NCBI GenBank assembly: GCA_963838285.1
Contig: CAWIQP010000005.1
Location: 2,075 to 66,074 of the forward strand
DNA: 64,000 bases
Reading direction: 5' to 3'
From: an uncultured Chloroflexia bacterium
GTDB lineage: Bacteria > Chloroflexota > Limnocylindria > Limnocylindrales > CSP1-4
Numbering within the stretch: the first letter of the stretch is position 1; every line of letters begins with the position of its first letter. A model generated the notes under the pieces. The model saw only the letters and a program-made list of their open reading frames with translations, did no database searches and was not told the DNA's origin. Both the position numbers and the translations under genes were made by a program. Shown here piece after piece: positions 20,370 to 29,793 of this stretch.

Positions 20370-21536
20370 CTACTCGTAGCGGAGGGCGGTCACGGGATCG
20401 AGCCGGGAGGCGTGCCAGGCCGGGACGAAGCCGGCGAGGGCGCCCAGGCCCGTCGCGAACGCCACCGCCGTGAGGGCCGTTCCGAGCGTCAGGTCGAAAA
20501 GGACGTTGCCCGAGGCGCGGCCGAGGTCGTTGAACACGGTGGTCATGACCGCCCCGACGGCCAGGCCTATCAGGCCGGCAAGCAGGCCGATTGCCGCCGA
20601 CTCCAGCACCACCTCGCGCCGGATGCGCCAGCGGGACGCTCCGATGGCTCGCTTGATGCCGATCTCGCGGGTCCGCTCGGCCACGGCCATCGCCATCGTG
20701 TTGATCGTGGACAGGCCGCCGACGAGCAGGCTGAGCATCGCCACGCCGGTGAGTACCAGGCTGAATATCGTGCTGATGCTGCCGAGCATGGCGTCGAAGT
20801 CCTTGCCGTCCATTACGGTGTAGGAGGAGCCGAGGGCGGCCTCGAGGCGGGTCTTGAGCGCCGCGGGATCCACGCCGGGCTCGTGGTAGACGACGATGCT
20901 GGTGGCGATGTCGGCGGCGCTCAACTTGGACTGGATGAGCGGCGGAAGAGTCTTGAGGAAGAGATTCTGGGCCGCGTCGAGCGGGACCATGGCGTCCTTG
21001 TCCGGCGCCGTCAGCGTGGGCGCCAGGACTCCGATCACGCTGAACTGGACGTTTCGCAGCGTGACCGTGTCGCCGACGCCGGCGTTGAGCTCGCGGGCCA
21101 GATCGCAGCCCAGGACGGTCACGTTGCCCGAGTCGGACGCCGTCAGCATCCGGCCGGTGGAGACGCTCATCGGGAACGTCTCGAGACCCTTGTCGCCGCC
21201 CGGCACGGAACCGCTGATCATGTCGGGCGTGCCCATGGTGGCCGTCGTGTCGTCGTTGAGCATCATGTCGACGGCGGGCGTGGCGGCGGCGACGCCGTCG
21301 ACGCCCTGGATCCTGGAGACGTCGGCCAGCGAGAGCGGCTGGAAGTTGCCGGAGTACATCGAGCCGATGCTCACGATGTCCTTGTCGGCGTAGTACTTGC
21401 TCCCGCCGCTGATCAGGGCGTTCATCTTGTTGGCCATGGAGCCGAACACCACGAGGGCCATGATGCCGATCGCGATGCCGGTGATGGTCAGGGTCGAGCG
21501 GAGCTTGCGACGGCCGAGGTCGCGCACTAGTCGCAT
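20370..21536 (-). CDS. ABC transporter permease (MacB/FtsX-like)
   Basis: RSTLTITGIAIG, AVAERTREIGIKRAIGA, ASRLDPVTALRYE. Confidence 0.92.
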   Translation of the reverse strand: MRLVRDLGRRKLRSTLTITGIAIGIMALVVFGSMANKMNALISGGSKYYADKDIVSIGSMYSGNFQPLSLADVSRIQGVDGVAAATPAVDMMLNDDTTATMGTPDMISGSVPGGDKGLETFPMSVSTGRMLTASDSGNVTVLGCDLARELNAGVGDTVTLRNVQFSVIGVLAPTLTAPDKDAMVPLDAAQNLFLKTLPPLIQSKLSAADIATSIVVYHEPGVDPAALKTRLEAALGSSYTVMDGKDFDAMLGSISTIFSLVLTGVAMLSLLVGGLSTINTMAMAVAERTREIGIKRAIGASRWRIRREVVLESAAIGLLAGLIGLAVGAVMTTVFNDLGRASGNVLFDLTLGTALTAVAFATGLGALAGFVPAWHASRLDPVTALRYE

Positions 21537-21645
21537 CTGGTTCTCCTTCGCTGGCGGGTAGTTCCCCGTGGCTCTCTCGGTTCGAGGGCGCCTTGCCGGC
21601 GTCTGTCTCGTCATATCGAAAGCTACAGACGGGAACGCTCCGCGG

Positions 21646-21713
21646 CGTCGTCCGAGACGGTTATTCCGCCGTCGTCCAGGGGAGTGAACCTGGAGTCATA
21701 CCCGCGGATGACG
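21646..21713. promoter_or_regulatory. Three 24-bp-spaced putative NarL-family regulator sites upstream of the ABC operon
   Basis: CGTCGTCC.. (21646), CGTCGTCC.. (21670), AGTCATACCCGCGGATGAC (21694); minus-strand -10 TAGCTT at 21620-21625. Confidence 0.55.
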
Positions 21714-21749
21714 AAGGGGCCCGTCGGGCGGCCTTCTCCGCGCCGGCGG

Positions 21750-22406
21750 TCAGACCAGACCGGTCTCGTAGGAGAGGATCACGGCCTGGACGCGGTCGCG
21801 CAGGTCCAGCTTGGCCAGGACCCGAGACACGTGCGTCTTCACCGTCGTCTCGGAGACGACCAGCTTCTCGGCGATCTCGGCGTTGGACATGCCGCGCGCC
21901 ACGAGCTTGAGCACCTCGAGCTCGCGCTCGGTCAGCTCGGACAGGGCCGGAATGGTGTTCTCGTTCGCGGGGGGAAGCCGGCTGGCGACGCGGTCGAGCA
22001 GGCGGCGGGTCACGGACGGAGCCAGGAGCGCCTCCCCGGCGGCCACGATCCGGATCGCCTCGACGAGGTCCTCGGGAGGGGCGTCCTTCAGGAGGAATCC
22101 GCTGGCGCCCGCCCGCAGCGACTCGACCACGTACTCGTCAAGGCCGAACGTCGTGAGTATCAGCACCTTGATGGGGTCCTCCACCCCCGGGCCCGCCAGC
22201 GCGCGAGTGGCCTGGATCCCGTCCATGCCGGGCATGCGGATGTCCATCAGAACCACGTCCGGCCGCAGGCGGCGCGCTATCTCGACCGCGCTGGCACCGT
22301 TGCCGGCTTCACCCACCACCGTCAGATCGGACTCGGCCGAGAGGATCATCCGGAACCCGGTTCGAAGCAGCGGCTGGTCGTCGACCAGCAGCACCCGTGT
22401 CGTCAC
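21750..22406 (-). CDS. NarL/LuxR family response regulator
   Basis: VLLVDDQ, DVVLMDIRMP, GFLLK, LTERELEVL...TVKTHVSR. Confidence 0.95.
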   Translation of the reverse strand: MTTRVLLVDDQPLLRTGFRMILSAESDLTVVGEAGNGASAVEIARRLRPDVVLMDIRMPGMDGIQATRALAGPGVEDPIKVLILTTFGLDEYVVESLRAGASGFLLKDAPPEDLVEAIRIVAAGEALLAPSVTRRLLDRVASRLPPANENTIPALSELTERELEVLKLVARGMSNAEIAEKLVVSETTVKTHVSRVLAKLDLRDRVQAVILSYETGLV

Positions 22407-23815
22407 AGCTCGCCCTCCTGGTCTCTGCGGCCGTGGGGCCGGGTCTGTTCGGTGGGATGGGGCGGCACGACCCGGACCATCATCGGCGGGACGGTTCGCG
22501 GTTCGACCAGCTGGTGGGGTCGCCGCGGCGTTCGGGGCGGCGCGGGCTCGCGTCGGTCGCGTCGATCGCGATCGCCGGCTTGCCGGATGGCGGCCAGGGC
22601 GGCCTCTCTCTCGGACCTGGCGCGGGCGACGTCGTCCGGCTCGAGCGGCATCCGCGCCAGCACGCGGTAACCGCCGGTCAGAATCGGCCCGGCCTCCAGT
22701 GTTCCGCCGAACAGCGCGACTCGCTCCTTCATTCCGATGAGCCCGTGCCCGCCGCCGTCCGGCGCCGAGAGCAGCGGAGCCGCCGCGCCTCTGCCGTCGT
22801 CGGTCACTTCGATCTCGAGCGTGTCGGTCTTGTAGCGGACGGCGACCCGCGCGGAGGCTTTCCCGCCGTGCTTGACGGTGTTCGTGAGGGCTTCCTGGAC
22901 AATTCGGTAGCCGGCGAGATCCATGCCGGCCGGAAGGCAGCAGGCCGAACCCTCGATGACAAGGTCGACGGGCAGTCCGGCCTCGCGCACCTGGTCGATC
23001 AGCCTCTGTATCTCGCCCAGGCCGGGCTGCGGGCCCATGCCCTGATCGTCGGCGCGCAGCACCTCGAGCATGCGGCGCATCTCGGCCAGGGCGGTTCTGC
23101 CGGCCAATTCGACCGCCTCCAGCGCCCCCTTCGCGGCCGCGGGATCCTTGTCGACGACTCGCCGGGCGCCGGCGGCCTGGACGACCATGACGCTGACGTA
23201 GTGGGCGACCACGTCGTGCAGCTCCCTGGCGATGCGGGCTCGCTCCTCGGTCACTGCCTGGGCCGCCTTCTCCTCCCGCTCGCGCTCGAGCTCCACGGCC
23301 CGGTCTTCCAGCTGTCTCGTGTACGCCCTGCGTACGCGCAGGTTGTCGCCGATTAGCCAGGCCATTCCGAACGACAGGTAGGTCACGGTCATGTTCGCCG
23401 TCCAGCCGCTCATGGTGTCGAGCGCGGCGTACGCGGCGAAGCTCGCGAAGATTCCGCCGGTCGTGACAAGAGCGGCCACGACGGCTCGCTTGCGCGGCTC
23501 GTTCGCGGCCACGGTATAGAAGGCCACGAACACGCCCAGGTAGCCGATCGACTCGGCGTAGCCGAGCACGCTGTACAAGACGATCGCCAGGCCGGTCACC
23601 CAGAGAATCCGGATCGGGTTGCGGCGGCGCCAGGCGATCGGCAGTGTCTGGAGGATGACGAGCGGGACGCTGACGGCGTCCAGGCGGATCCCGTCGCGGA
23701 AGGCGGTCACGAACGTCAGAACGGTCAGGGCGAGGCCCATGAACGCGTCGGCGTAGTCCTGGTTCCAATGGAGGCGCCGGAGGTCACGCCGCGGGATGGC
23801 GATGGCTCGCTGCAT
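22403..23815 (-). CDS. Membrane sensor histidine kinase (HisKA_3)
   Basis: Multiple TM, RIARELHDVVAH, QEALTN, DDGRG, GHGLIGMKER. Confidence 0.95.
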   Translation of the reverse strand: MQRAIAIPRRDLRRLHWNQDYADAFMGLALTVLTFVTAFRDGIRLDAVSVPLVILQTLPIAWRRRNPIRILWVTGLAIVLYSVLGYAESIGYLGVFVAFYTVAANEPRKRAVVAALVTTGGIFASFAAYAALDTMSGWTANMTVTYLSFGMAWLIGDNLRVRRAYTRQLEDRAVELEREREEKAAQAVTEERARIARELHDVVAHYVSVMVVQAAGARRVVDKDPAAAKGALEAVELAGRTALAEMRRMLEVLRADDQGMGPQPGLGEIQRLIDQVREAGLPVDLVIEGSACCLPAGMDLAGYRIVQEALTNTVKHGGKASARVAVRYKTDTLEIEVTDDGRGAAAPLLSAPDGGGHGLIGMKERVALFGGTLEAGPILTGGYRVLARMPLEPDDVARARSEREAALAAIRQAGDRDRRDRREPAPPRTPRRPHQLVEPRTVPPMMVRVVPPHPTEQTRPHGRRDQEGEL

Positions 23816-23956
23816 AGCCGCACGGTACGCCGGGGCTGCGGTCCGTGCATCACTCGCGCGCAGGATGGGGACTGCTCCCCGCGGACGAGAGCGCCTTCGC
23901 GGCGACGGGGCGGCGCAGACGGGAGTCGAACCGCCGCCTCGGCGAACCTGTGGCGC

Positions 23957-24256
23957 CTACTTGGTCCCGCTACGGTGGACGTAGGTCACGGTCAGCGTGC
24001 CGATGGGACGTGAGACCAGCATCTGGGCCCACAGAAACGCCCCGACCAGGAACGCCAGCAGGATCGTGGCGAGAACGGCTCGCCACACGCTCCACTGTCC
24101 TTCGACGTAGTGCTGGCCCGCAGGCTCATAGCCCTGGGCCAGCAGCAACACGGCGTCTCTGTGGAACGCCTCGATCACGTCCTCGTAGGTATCTCCGCTG
24201 TATCCGCGGATGAAGACGGGACTGCTCCCGTCCGCCGGCCAGGTGTCGATCGTCAT
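23957..24256 (-). CDS. Small hypothetical membrane protein
   Basis: Strong RBS GGAGGAGAGG; one hydrophobic segment. Confidence 0.65.
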   Translation of the reverse strand: MTIDTWPADGSSPVFIRGYSGDTYEDVIEAFHRDAVLLLAQGYEPAGQHYVEGQWSVWRAVLATILLAFLVGAFLWAQMLVSRPIGTLTVTYVHRSGTK

Positions 24257-24366
24257 CGCACCTCTCCTCCCTCGCCTCGCAACGCGACGTACGTCGCGAT
24301 GCTACGCGCCCCCCGGACGGTCGTGGTGCTCGAGCCGCTCGCCGGGCGCCGTCGGGCAACGCCGGC

Positions 24367-24540
24367 ATCTGGACGAACTTGCCCGCCGTGCAAGTTGGGC
24401 GAGCTGCCGCGAGGTGAGGGGCTCAACCGCGGCGCAAGTCACGCTCAGCGGAGAGCCAGGAGACGGTCCCGGCCGCGCGGAGACCCGAATTGGAGCGTCG
24501 TAACGCGCCCAACTTGCACCTGGAGACAGTTTGACGAGAT
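24367..24540. mobile_element. REPIN/MITE-like element, copy 1 (35-bp imperfect terminal inverted repeats)
   Basis: GTGCAAGTTGGGCG (24388-24401) is the exact reverse complement of CGCCCAACTTGCAC (24506-24519); ends ATCT...AGAT. Confidence 0.6.
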
Positions 24541-24544
24541 AGGC

Positions 24545-24735
24545 GAGCGGCGCCACGCCGCGTAGCCACGCTACGGCGTGGGGCCACGCCGCGGAGCCAC
24601 GACGCGGAGCCACGGCGAGCGGCGCCACGCCGCGGAGCCACGCCACGGAGCGGAGCCACGCCACGGAGCGGAGCCACGCCACGGAGCCACGCTACGGCGT
24701 GGGGCCACGCCGCGGAGCCACGCTACTGCGTGGAG
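24545..24735. repeat. Degenerate GC-rich tandem array (GCCACGCC/GCGGA units)
   Basis: More than 12 copies of the GCCACG core downstream of kamA. Confidence 0.85.
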
Positions 24736-26496
24736 CTAGAGCAAGTCGCCCTTGTGCCAGCCCGTTGGGTCGCCTTCGCGCGGGCGGGGCTCCTCGCCGG
24801 GTGCGTACTCGAAGTCGGGCTGCCTGCGGGCCCGCGACCCTTGCGGCTCCGCGGACGCGGCGACCGGCGTCTCCGGCACTGCGCCCCCGGCGCCGTGCGG
24901 GCCCCCGGCGACCGCGTTCTCCTGAGTCCCGGCAGTCGAGCCCGGCTCCAAAGCGGGGTGCGGCCGTCCGGCCGTGCCTTCGATTGGGCCAACCCCGAAG
25001 GGCACCCATTTCGACGGATCCTGGAGCCGGTGGGCGGTCTCGATGCCGCGACGGTGGGTCTGCTCGAAGCCGGAAGGCTCGATCCACATCTCCTTGCCGT
25101 CGAGAAGCCCCTCCACGCCGACCTGGCCGGGTTCCTGGCGCGGGTTCTGGCAGTACTTGCAGTTCGCCTTGTCGTGCGACTGGTAGTGCTCGGGCTCCTC
25201 GTAGGTGGTGATGTAGCCCTCGTAGTTGCGCAGCACAACCTTGTGGTCGGAGTAGCTGATCAGGTAGTTGGGCATGACCGGGATCTTGCCGCCGCCGCCG
25301 GGAGCGTCGACGACGTAGGTCGGGACCGCGTAGCCGGAGGTGTGGCCGCGCAGGCCCTCCATGATCTCGATGCCCTTGCCGACCGGCGTCCGGAAGTGGC
25401 CCGAACCCTCGACCAGGTCGCACTGGTAGATGTAGTAGGGGCGGACGCGGAACTCGACCAGCTTGTGGACCAGCGCTCGCATGATGTGCACGCAGTCGTT
25501 GACGCCGGCGAGCAGGACCGACTGATTGCCCAGCGGAATGCCGGCACGAGTCAGCTTGTCGCAGGCGCGGGCGACCTCCGGCGTGAGCTCGTTCGGATGA
25601 TTGAAGTGGAGGTTCATCCACAGCGGGTGGTATTTCGCGAGCATCTCGCACAGCTCGTCGTCGATGCGCTGCGGCAGGAAGACCGGCACGCGCGAGCCGA
25701 TGCGGATGATCTCGATGTGGGGGATCTCGCGGAGGCCGCGGATGATCGACTCGAGGAGCTTGGGGGCGAGCGTCAGGCCGTCCCCGCCCGAGATGAGCAC
25801 GTCGCGGACCTGGGGCGTGCGGCGCAGGTACTCGAGCTGGGCCTCGTGATCGTGGCGATTGAAGTTCTGCGCGGCGTCGCCGACGATCCGTGAGCGGGTG
25901 CAGTAGCGGCAGTAGCTCGCGCACTGTGTCGTGACCAGCATCAGGACCCGATCCGGGTAGCGGTGGACGAGCCCTGGCACGGGGGAGTGGCGATCTTCGG
26001 CGAGCGAGTCCTCCATCATCGCCGTGAAGGCTTCGTGCTCGCAGTCGGTGGGGATGACCTGGCGGCGGATCGGGTCGTTCGGGTCGTCGGGATCGATCAG
26101 GCTGAGGAAGTAGGGAGTGATGTCCACCCGGAACTTGTCCGGCGAGGAGAGCCCGGCCCGCTCGTCGTCCGTGAGGTTCAGGACGCGGCCGATCTCCTCG
26201 GCGGTGTTGACGCGGTTGGAAAGCTGCCAGCGCCAGTCGTTCCAGCGCTCGTCCGGCACGTCCTCCCAGATCGGGGCGCGGCGGCTCTGCGCCGGGCGGC
26301 CGTCCGGCCCGAGCGCGCGGGCAGGGTCGCGAAGGTTCACGAACGGGGTCTCGTCGTAGGCCGCGTGGCTCGCCGCCGGATGGCCCGATGCGGTTCCGAC
26401 CGCGAGATGCGACGCCGGGTCGCCGGAGGCGGGCGTCGTCGGAGAGTCGCTAGCGCGGATCGCCAGGTCCCGGCCGCCGGCAGTGGGATCGACCAT
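24736..26496 (-). CDS. kamA: Lysine 2,3-aminomutase (radical SAM)
   Basis: WNDWRWQL, GLVHRYPDR, CASYCRYC, GNQSVLL, PYYIYQCD, DAPGGGGKIP, LRNYEG; RBS GGAGGA. Confidence 0.93.
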   Translation of the reverse strand: MVDPTAGGRDLAIRASDSPTTPASGDPASHLAVGTASGHPAASHAAYDETPFVNLRDPARALGPDGRPAQSRRAPIWEDVPDERWNDWRWQLSNRVNTAEEIGRVLNLTDDERAGLSSPDKFRVDITPYFLSLIDPDDPNDPIRRQVIPTDCEHEAFTAMMEDSLAEDRHSPVPGLVHRYPDRVLMLVTTQCASYCRYCTRSRIVGDAAQNFNRHDHEAQLEYLRRTPQVRDVLISGGDGLTLAPKLLESIIRGLREIPHIEIIRIGSRVPVFLPQRIDDELCEMLAKYHPLWMNLHFNHPNELTPEVARACDKLTRAGIPLGNQSVLLAGVNDCVHIMRALVHKLVEFRVRPYYIYQCDLVEGSGHFRTPVGKGIEIMEGLRGHTSGYAVPTYVVDAPGGGGKIPVMPNYLISYSDHKVVLRNYEGYITTYEEPEHYQSHDKANCKYCQNPRQEPGQVGVEGLLDGKEMWIEPSGFEQTHRRGIETAHRLQDPSKWVPFGVGPIEGTAGRPHPALEPGSTAGTQENAVAGGPHGAGGAVPETPVAASAEPQGSRARRQPDFEYAPGEEPRPREGDPTGWHKGDLL

Positions 26497-26699
26497 GGCG
26501 TTCCTCCGTTCGTCAGAGCTGGGCAGGGGAGTCGTCGGCTGGCGACGCATAATCCCTATGCACTCTGGATGCCGTTGGATGATACATCGGCCAAGACGGG
26601 ATGGCTCCGAATGCCGCCAGGCGGTCCGGCGCGGAGGAGGCCCGCGGTGGGCGCCGGCGGGTGGAGCCACGGCGGCGTAGGCGGGTGCCGGCGCGGGGC

Positions 26700-26800
26700 C
26701 GCGGGAGGCCGGCGCAGGCCGCCGCGGGAGGCCGGCGGTGGTGGCCGGCGTTGGTGGCCGGCGGGTGGCCGGCGTTGGTGGCCGGCGGTGGTGGCCGGCG
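26700..26800. repeat. Tandem GGTGGCCGGCG repeat
   Basis: About 6 near-identical 11-13 bp units. Confidence 0.8.
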
Positions 26801-26802
26801 AG

Positions 26803-27363
26803 TCAGCCCTTGGCGGCCGCCCGCTCCAGGGCCAGCTGCTGCAGGGCCAGGATCGACATCGCGTCGGCGATCTCGCCGCGGCCGATCATCGCCATCACTT
26901 CGTCGAACGGGACCCAGCGCATCTGGAGCTGCTCCGTTCCCTCGGGCGAGGCCGGGCCCGCCTCCAGCTCCGTGGCCGCGAACAGGATCGTGACTTCGTC
27001 CGTGACCGAGTTGGACAGCTCGGCTCGGCAAAGCTCGCGCCACTTCCCGCCGTTGTAGCCCGTTTCCTCGACCAGCTCGCGTCGGGCCGCCGCCTCCGGC
27101 GACTCGTCGAAGTCGCCGCCCCCTTCCGGAATCTCCCAGGAGTAGCGGTCCATCGTGTAGCGATACTGCCCGACGAGCAGCACGCGATCGTTCGCGTCGA
27201 GGGGCACGACGCCGATGGCCAGGTGCCGGAAGTGAACCACTCCGTAGATGCCGGGCTTCCCGTCCGGCCGGACGACGTCGTCGTGGAGTATTTCGATCCA
27301 GGGGTTCTCGTAGGCCACGCGCCGCGAGACGCGACGCCACGGGTTCAGCTCGCTCGCACTCAC
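26803..27363 (-). CDS. NUDIX hydrolase (ADP-ribose pyrophosphatase-like)
   Basis: QYRY...WEIPEGG..ESPEAAARRELVEETG Nudix box. Confidence 0.92.
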   Translation of the reverse strand: MSASELNPWRRVSRRVAYENPWIEILHDDVVRPDGKPGIYGVVHFRHLAIGVVPLDANDRVLLVGQYRYTMDRYSWEIPEGGGDFDESPEAAARRELVEETGYNGGKWRELCRAELSNSVTDEVTILFAATELEAGPASPEGTEQLQMRWVPFDEVMAMIGRGEIADAMSILALQQLALERAAAKG

Positions 27364-27487
27364 GTCGCAATCGTAGCGGGTCCGGGCGGGGAGCCGACGG
27401 GAGCACGGCGTAACGCGGCGACATCGCGGCGGGCGAGGCGGCCCCGAGCCCGCTGGAACCCGACGCCGGCCCGCGAGCAGCCCGGCG

Positions 27488-27513
27488 GGAACCCGACGCG
27501 AGCCGTGAGCGTC
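27488..27513 (+). promoter_or_regulatory. Putative ECF-sigma promoter GGAAC-N17-CGTC
   Basis: About 50 bp upstream of the SIMPL gene; a similar GCAAC-N16-CGTC lies at 208-232 before the protease. Confidence 0.45.
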
Positions 27514-27564
27514 GAAGGCCCCATGCGACGGCAACGACATCTGGACAGCCGGAAGGAGACAAAG

Positions 27565-28419
27565 ATGAACGCAAAGTCCTCGAACGCCAGGTTCGACCAG
27601 GATCCGCCGACGACTCCCGAAGGGTCGAGCCCGCGCTCGGACGGCAGCCGGTCGGTCGGGCGCCATGCCGGCCCGTTCTCCTACGGCCGGGCGATCGCGG
27701 TGGTCGCGGCCGCGTGCCTCCTCGTCGGATTGGTCGTCGGCCCGATCGTCAGCGGTCACCCCACTCTTGCGGCGGACCCTTCGGCCGCCCCGGAGCACAC
27801 CGTCACCGTCTCCGGCACGGGCGACGTCAGCGTGGCTCCGGACGTCGCCGACATCGTCGTCGGGGTCACGGTCCAGAAGTCCACGGTCGCCGCGGCCCAG
27901 TCCTCCGCGGCCACCTCCATGAATGCGGTGATAGCCGCCGTCGAGAAGGACGGCGTGGACGCCAAGGACATCGTCACGGTGGACCTCAGCCTGAGCCCCG
28001 TCTACGACTACAGCTCGGGCGGCTCCGTTCCCAAGCTCGTGGGTCAGCAGTTCACCAACACCGTCCAGGTCACCGTCCGGAACCTGAATTCGGTGGCCTC
28101 GGTGGTGGACGACGCGATCGCGGCCGGCGCCACGACCATCGGGGGCATCACGTTCCGGCTGAGCGATCCGAAGGCGGTCGAGGCCCAGGCTCGCCAGATG
28201 GCCATGACCGACGCTCGGAGCAAGGCCGACGCGCTCACGTCCGCGGCCGGCGTGTCGGTGAAGGGCGTCGCCACGATCGTCGAGACGACGAGCCAGCCCA
28301 CGCCCGTCTACTACTCCGGCGCCATGGATGCGGCGAAGGCGGAATCGGTTTCGACGCCGATCCAGACCGGCACCACCGATATCGTCGTCCAGGTAACCGT
28401 GAGCTACCTGATCGGCTGA
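27565..28419 (+). CDS. SIMPL domain (DUF541) protein
   Basis: TVTVSGTGDVSVAPDVA, AMTDARSKA, QVTVSY; AAGGAG RBS. Confidence 0.9.
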   Translation: MNAKSSNARFDQDPPTTPEGSSPRSDGSRSVGRHAGPFSYGRAIAVVAAACLLVGLVVGPIVSGHPTLAADPSAAPEHTVTVSGTGDVSVAPDVADIVVGVTVQKSTVAAAQSSAATSMNAVIAAVEKDGVDAKDIVTVDLSLSPVYDYSSGGSVPKLVGQQFTNTVQVTVRNLNSVASVVDDAIAAGATTIGGITFRLSDPKAVEAQARQMAMTDARSKADALTSAAGVSVKGVATIVETTSQPTPVYYSGAMDAAKAESVSTPIQTGTTDIVVQVTVSYLIG

Positions 28420-28597
28420 ACGCATGCCCTTCGGCCGAGCTCGTCGGCCCGTCGACCGGGCGCGGACGCTTCGGCTGAGCGCCCGACCAACCGAATAAAC
28501 GAACGCCCGGCGCCGTGCGTTTACGGCCGCGGGTCACATCCAGCCGGGACCAACGGCACGGTCCGGGCCATTCGGGGGGATACATACTCACCGGATC

Positions 28598-29044
28598 ATG
28601 CGACTCGATCTCACCAAGCGCAGCGACTACGCCATCCGGGCGATGCTGGCCCTGACCAAGGCCAAGGGCGGCCTTCTGAGCAGCCGGCGGATTGCCGAGG
28701 AGATGCATATCCCGCCCCGGTTCCTGCCTCAGATCATGGGCGACCTGACGCACGGCGGGCTGGTCAACGCCCATCCCGGACGAGCCGGCGGCTACGAGCT
28801 GGCGGAGAACCCGGACACGGTGACCCTTCTGCGCGTCATCGAAGCGGTCGAGGGCGATCAGCACCGCCAGGTGTGCGTTCTCCGCGGAACGCCCTGCGGC
28901 CTGGACGGCGAATGCGGCGTCCACGACATCTTCTTCGCGGCCGAGGGAGCGCTGCTCGACCGGCTGAAGGCGGCCACGCTCGGGGGCGTCATCGCCACGG
29001 CCGAGAAGGCGGAGTTGGAGAAAGCCGCCGCGGCCGCCCGCTAG
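28598..29044 (+). CDS. Rrf2 family transcriptional regulator (Fe-S-binding type)
   Basis: DYAIRAM, GRAGGYELA, three Cys in CVLRGTPCGLDGECGVH. Confidence 0.92.
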   Translation: MRLDLTKRSDYAIRAMLALTKAKGGLLSSRRIAEEMHIPPRFLPQIMGDLTHGGLVNAHPGRAGGYELAENPDTVTLLRVIEAVEGDQHRQVCVLRGTPCGLDGECGVHDIFFAAEGALLDRLKAATLGGVIATAEKAELEKAAAAAR

Positions 29045-29119
29045 ATCCCCGCGGGCTCGCCGCGAGCCCGGCCTTCCGTCCCGGTACCCGTTCGCAGAAC
29101 TCGTTTGCGCCCGCGCGCC

Positions 29120-29713
29120 CTAGGAGCCTGCGCGCGCGGGCCGGTTCCGAGCCTCCCACTCCTCGGCGAGGATGCTCATGTGTATCTCGTCCCAGAATCG
29201 GCCGTCCCGGAAGATGGCTTCCCGGGCCCGACCCTCGACGACGAAGCCGCATTTCTCGTACGAGCGGATCGCTCGCGGGTTGAACTCGAAGACCGTCAGC
29301 GCAACCCGATGAAGCGCCAGCCGGGCGAAGGCGTGGGCGACCATCAGTTCCGTTGCCTCTGTGCCGTAGCCCTTGCCCCAGGCGTCGCGCTCCCCGATGG
29401 TGATGTGGAAGAGCGTCGACCCGTTGTCGCCGTCGACCTGGCTGAACGCGCACGTGCCGATCAGTCGATCCGTGTCGCGGACGTGGATGGCCATGGCGAG
29501 GAAGTCGGATCCCATGATCCGCGTGTAGAAGAATCGCTGGACCTCGTCGGTCGATAGCGGGGCCTGCTGATAGCGCGTCAGGCGGGCAACCTCGGGGTCC
29601 GCGTACCAGCGCTGGAATGCGCGCAGGTTGTCCGGCCGGTGACGGCGCAGGACGATCAATCGGCCCAGGATCGCCTCCGGGCGCCACGAATCGCGATCAG
29701 GCGCCGCGGCCAT
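29120..29713 (-). CDS. GNAT N-acetyltransferase (RimJ/RimL-like)
   Basis: WGKGYGTEA, NPRAIRSYEKCGF. Confidence 0.9.
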   Translation of the reverse strand: MAAAPDRDSWRPEAILGRLIVLRRHRPDNLRAFQRWYADPEVARLTRYQQAPLSTDEVQRFFYTRIMGSDFLAMAIHVRDTDRLIGTCAFSQVDGDNGSTLFHITIGERDAWGKGYGTEATELMVAHAFARLALHRVALTVFEFNPRAIRSYEKCGFVVEGRAREAIFRDGRFWDEIHMSILAEEWEARNRPARAGS

Positions 29714-29793
29714 CGCGGGCTCCAGTTCGCCAGGATGGATCGGGTAAGGCGCGCCGAGCGGGTTTCACGGGTCGAAGGTATACCATCGCGGCC

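Noticed and set aside
24545-24735. Repeat array as CRISPR or as coding (WLRSVA)n ORF
   Set aside because: Short degenerate units without unique spacers; the ORFs lack RBS and are by-products of the repeat.
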